Shown: positions 63,401 to 64,000 of the stretch, piece after piece
Position numbering within the stretch: position 1 is the stretch's first letter
Layout of the letters: each line of letters begins with the position of its first letter
NCBI RefSeq assembly: GCF_006345805.1
Contig: NC_042997.1
Location: 163,122,001 to 163,186,000, forward strand
Reading direction: 5' to 3'
Source: Octopus sinensis
Taxonomy: Eukaryota
DNA: 64,000 nucleotides
The notes under the pieces: generated by a model
Seen by the model: the letters and a program-made list of their open reading frames with translations, nothing else
Database searches by the model: none
What the model was told of the DNA's origin: nothing
Translations under genes and position numbers: made by a program

Positions 63401-63545
63401 GGACCGAATTGAGTGCATAAACTAATGATGTCATCAGTCTGTGTGTTTATATATGCCATGTGCCGTTATGGCATTTTTGAAAGATTTTTTCCATTTCTAA
63501 TTTACATTGGACTCTTTTTTTTAAATATAACTGACAAAAGAGGTA
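63400..63545 (-). promoter_or_regulatory. Putative promoter region
   Basis: Lies upstream of the first-exon candidate, in the CpG-retaining zone; palindromic tgatgtcatca (CRE-like) at 63427-63437. Confidence 0.35.
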
Positions 63546-63546
63546 C

Positions 63547-63992
63547 CTTATTTATTGAATATAAATATTATTTTAATAACAATATCTTATTTAAATATAT
63601 TGTCATTCATTTAAAAACAAAAGCAACAGAAATATATATTAAATATCTAGTTTTCGTTAATGCAAGCTAATAATAATTTTGTAAATAAAAATATTCCTTG
63701 CTTTTTCTGCAGCATATTAAGGTATTCTCGTGAATTTATTTAAAATAATGTGTTTCTGTATATAAATAACTATGAGATACTCTATTTATTGAATATAAAT
63801 ATTATAATAAACATCTTAAATTACAGCGTTGTGCATTTAAAAACAAGACAAAAATATATTAAATCTCTAGATTCCGTTAATGCAAGCTAATAATAATTTG
63901 ATAAATGGAAATATTCCTAGCTTTTTCCAAAGTATATATTGAGGTATTCTCTTAGATTTATATAAATTCATATATTTTCTGTATATAATTAT
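63547..63992 (+). repeat. Diverged tandem duplication, period ~234 bp
   Basis: tttattgaatataaatatt...cgttaatgcaagctaa...aggtattctc...ctgtatataa occurs twice. Confidence 0.88.
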
Positions 63993-64000
63993 GTTGTGGG

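Overview
AT-rich, microsatellite- and SINE-dense animal genomic DNA. The repeat families resemble those I recall from octopod cephalopods (Octopus); this species assignment is an inference. Almost the whole window appears to be one minus-strand, multi-exon gene. It runs from a CpG-retaining promoter and first exon near 63.2-63.4 kb to a last coding exon at 250-434. I assembled about 17 candidate exons from GT/AG sites, open frames and matching phases. By eye they align, in the correct N-to-C order, to my recollection of human MEI1 (meiotic double-strand-break factor, plant PRD1 homologue). The match is very diverged, the model is incomplete, and no database search was run. The introns hold an internally deleted RTE LINE with a PHD-like finger inside its RT, a second bipartite RTE remnant and a Dong/R4-type fragment split by a perfect 278-bp foldback. 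They also hold Tc1/mariner, hAT, piggyBac-like and Helitron-type non-autonomous elements, many SINEs and several long inverted repeats. The most unusual signals are two inverted, degenerate minimal hammerhead ribozymes in a ~500-bp foldback (18.7-19.2 kb), the perfect 33-kb palindrome, and in-frame stops inside apparently MEI1-homologous segments. Most ORFs in the supplied track are microsatellite or antisense artefacts.
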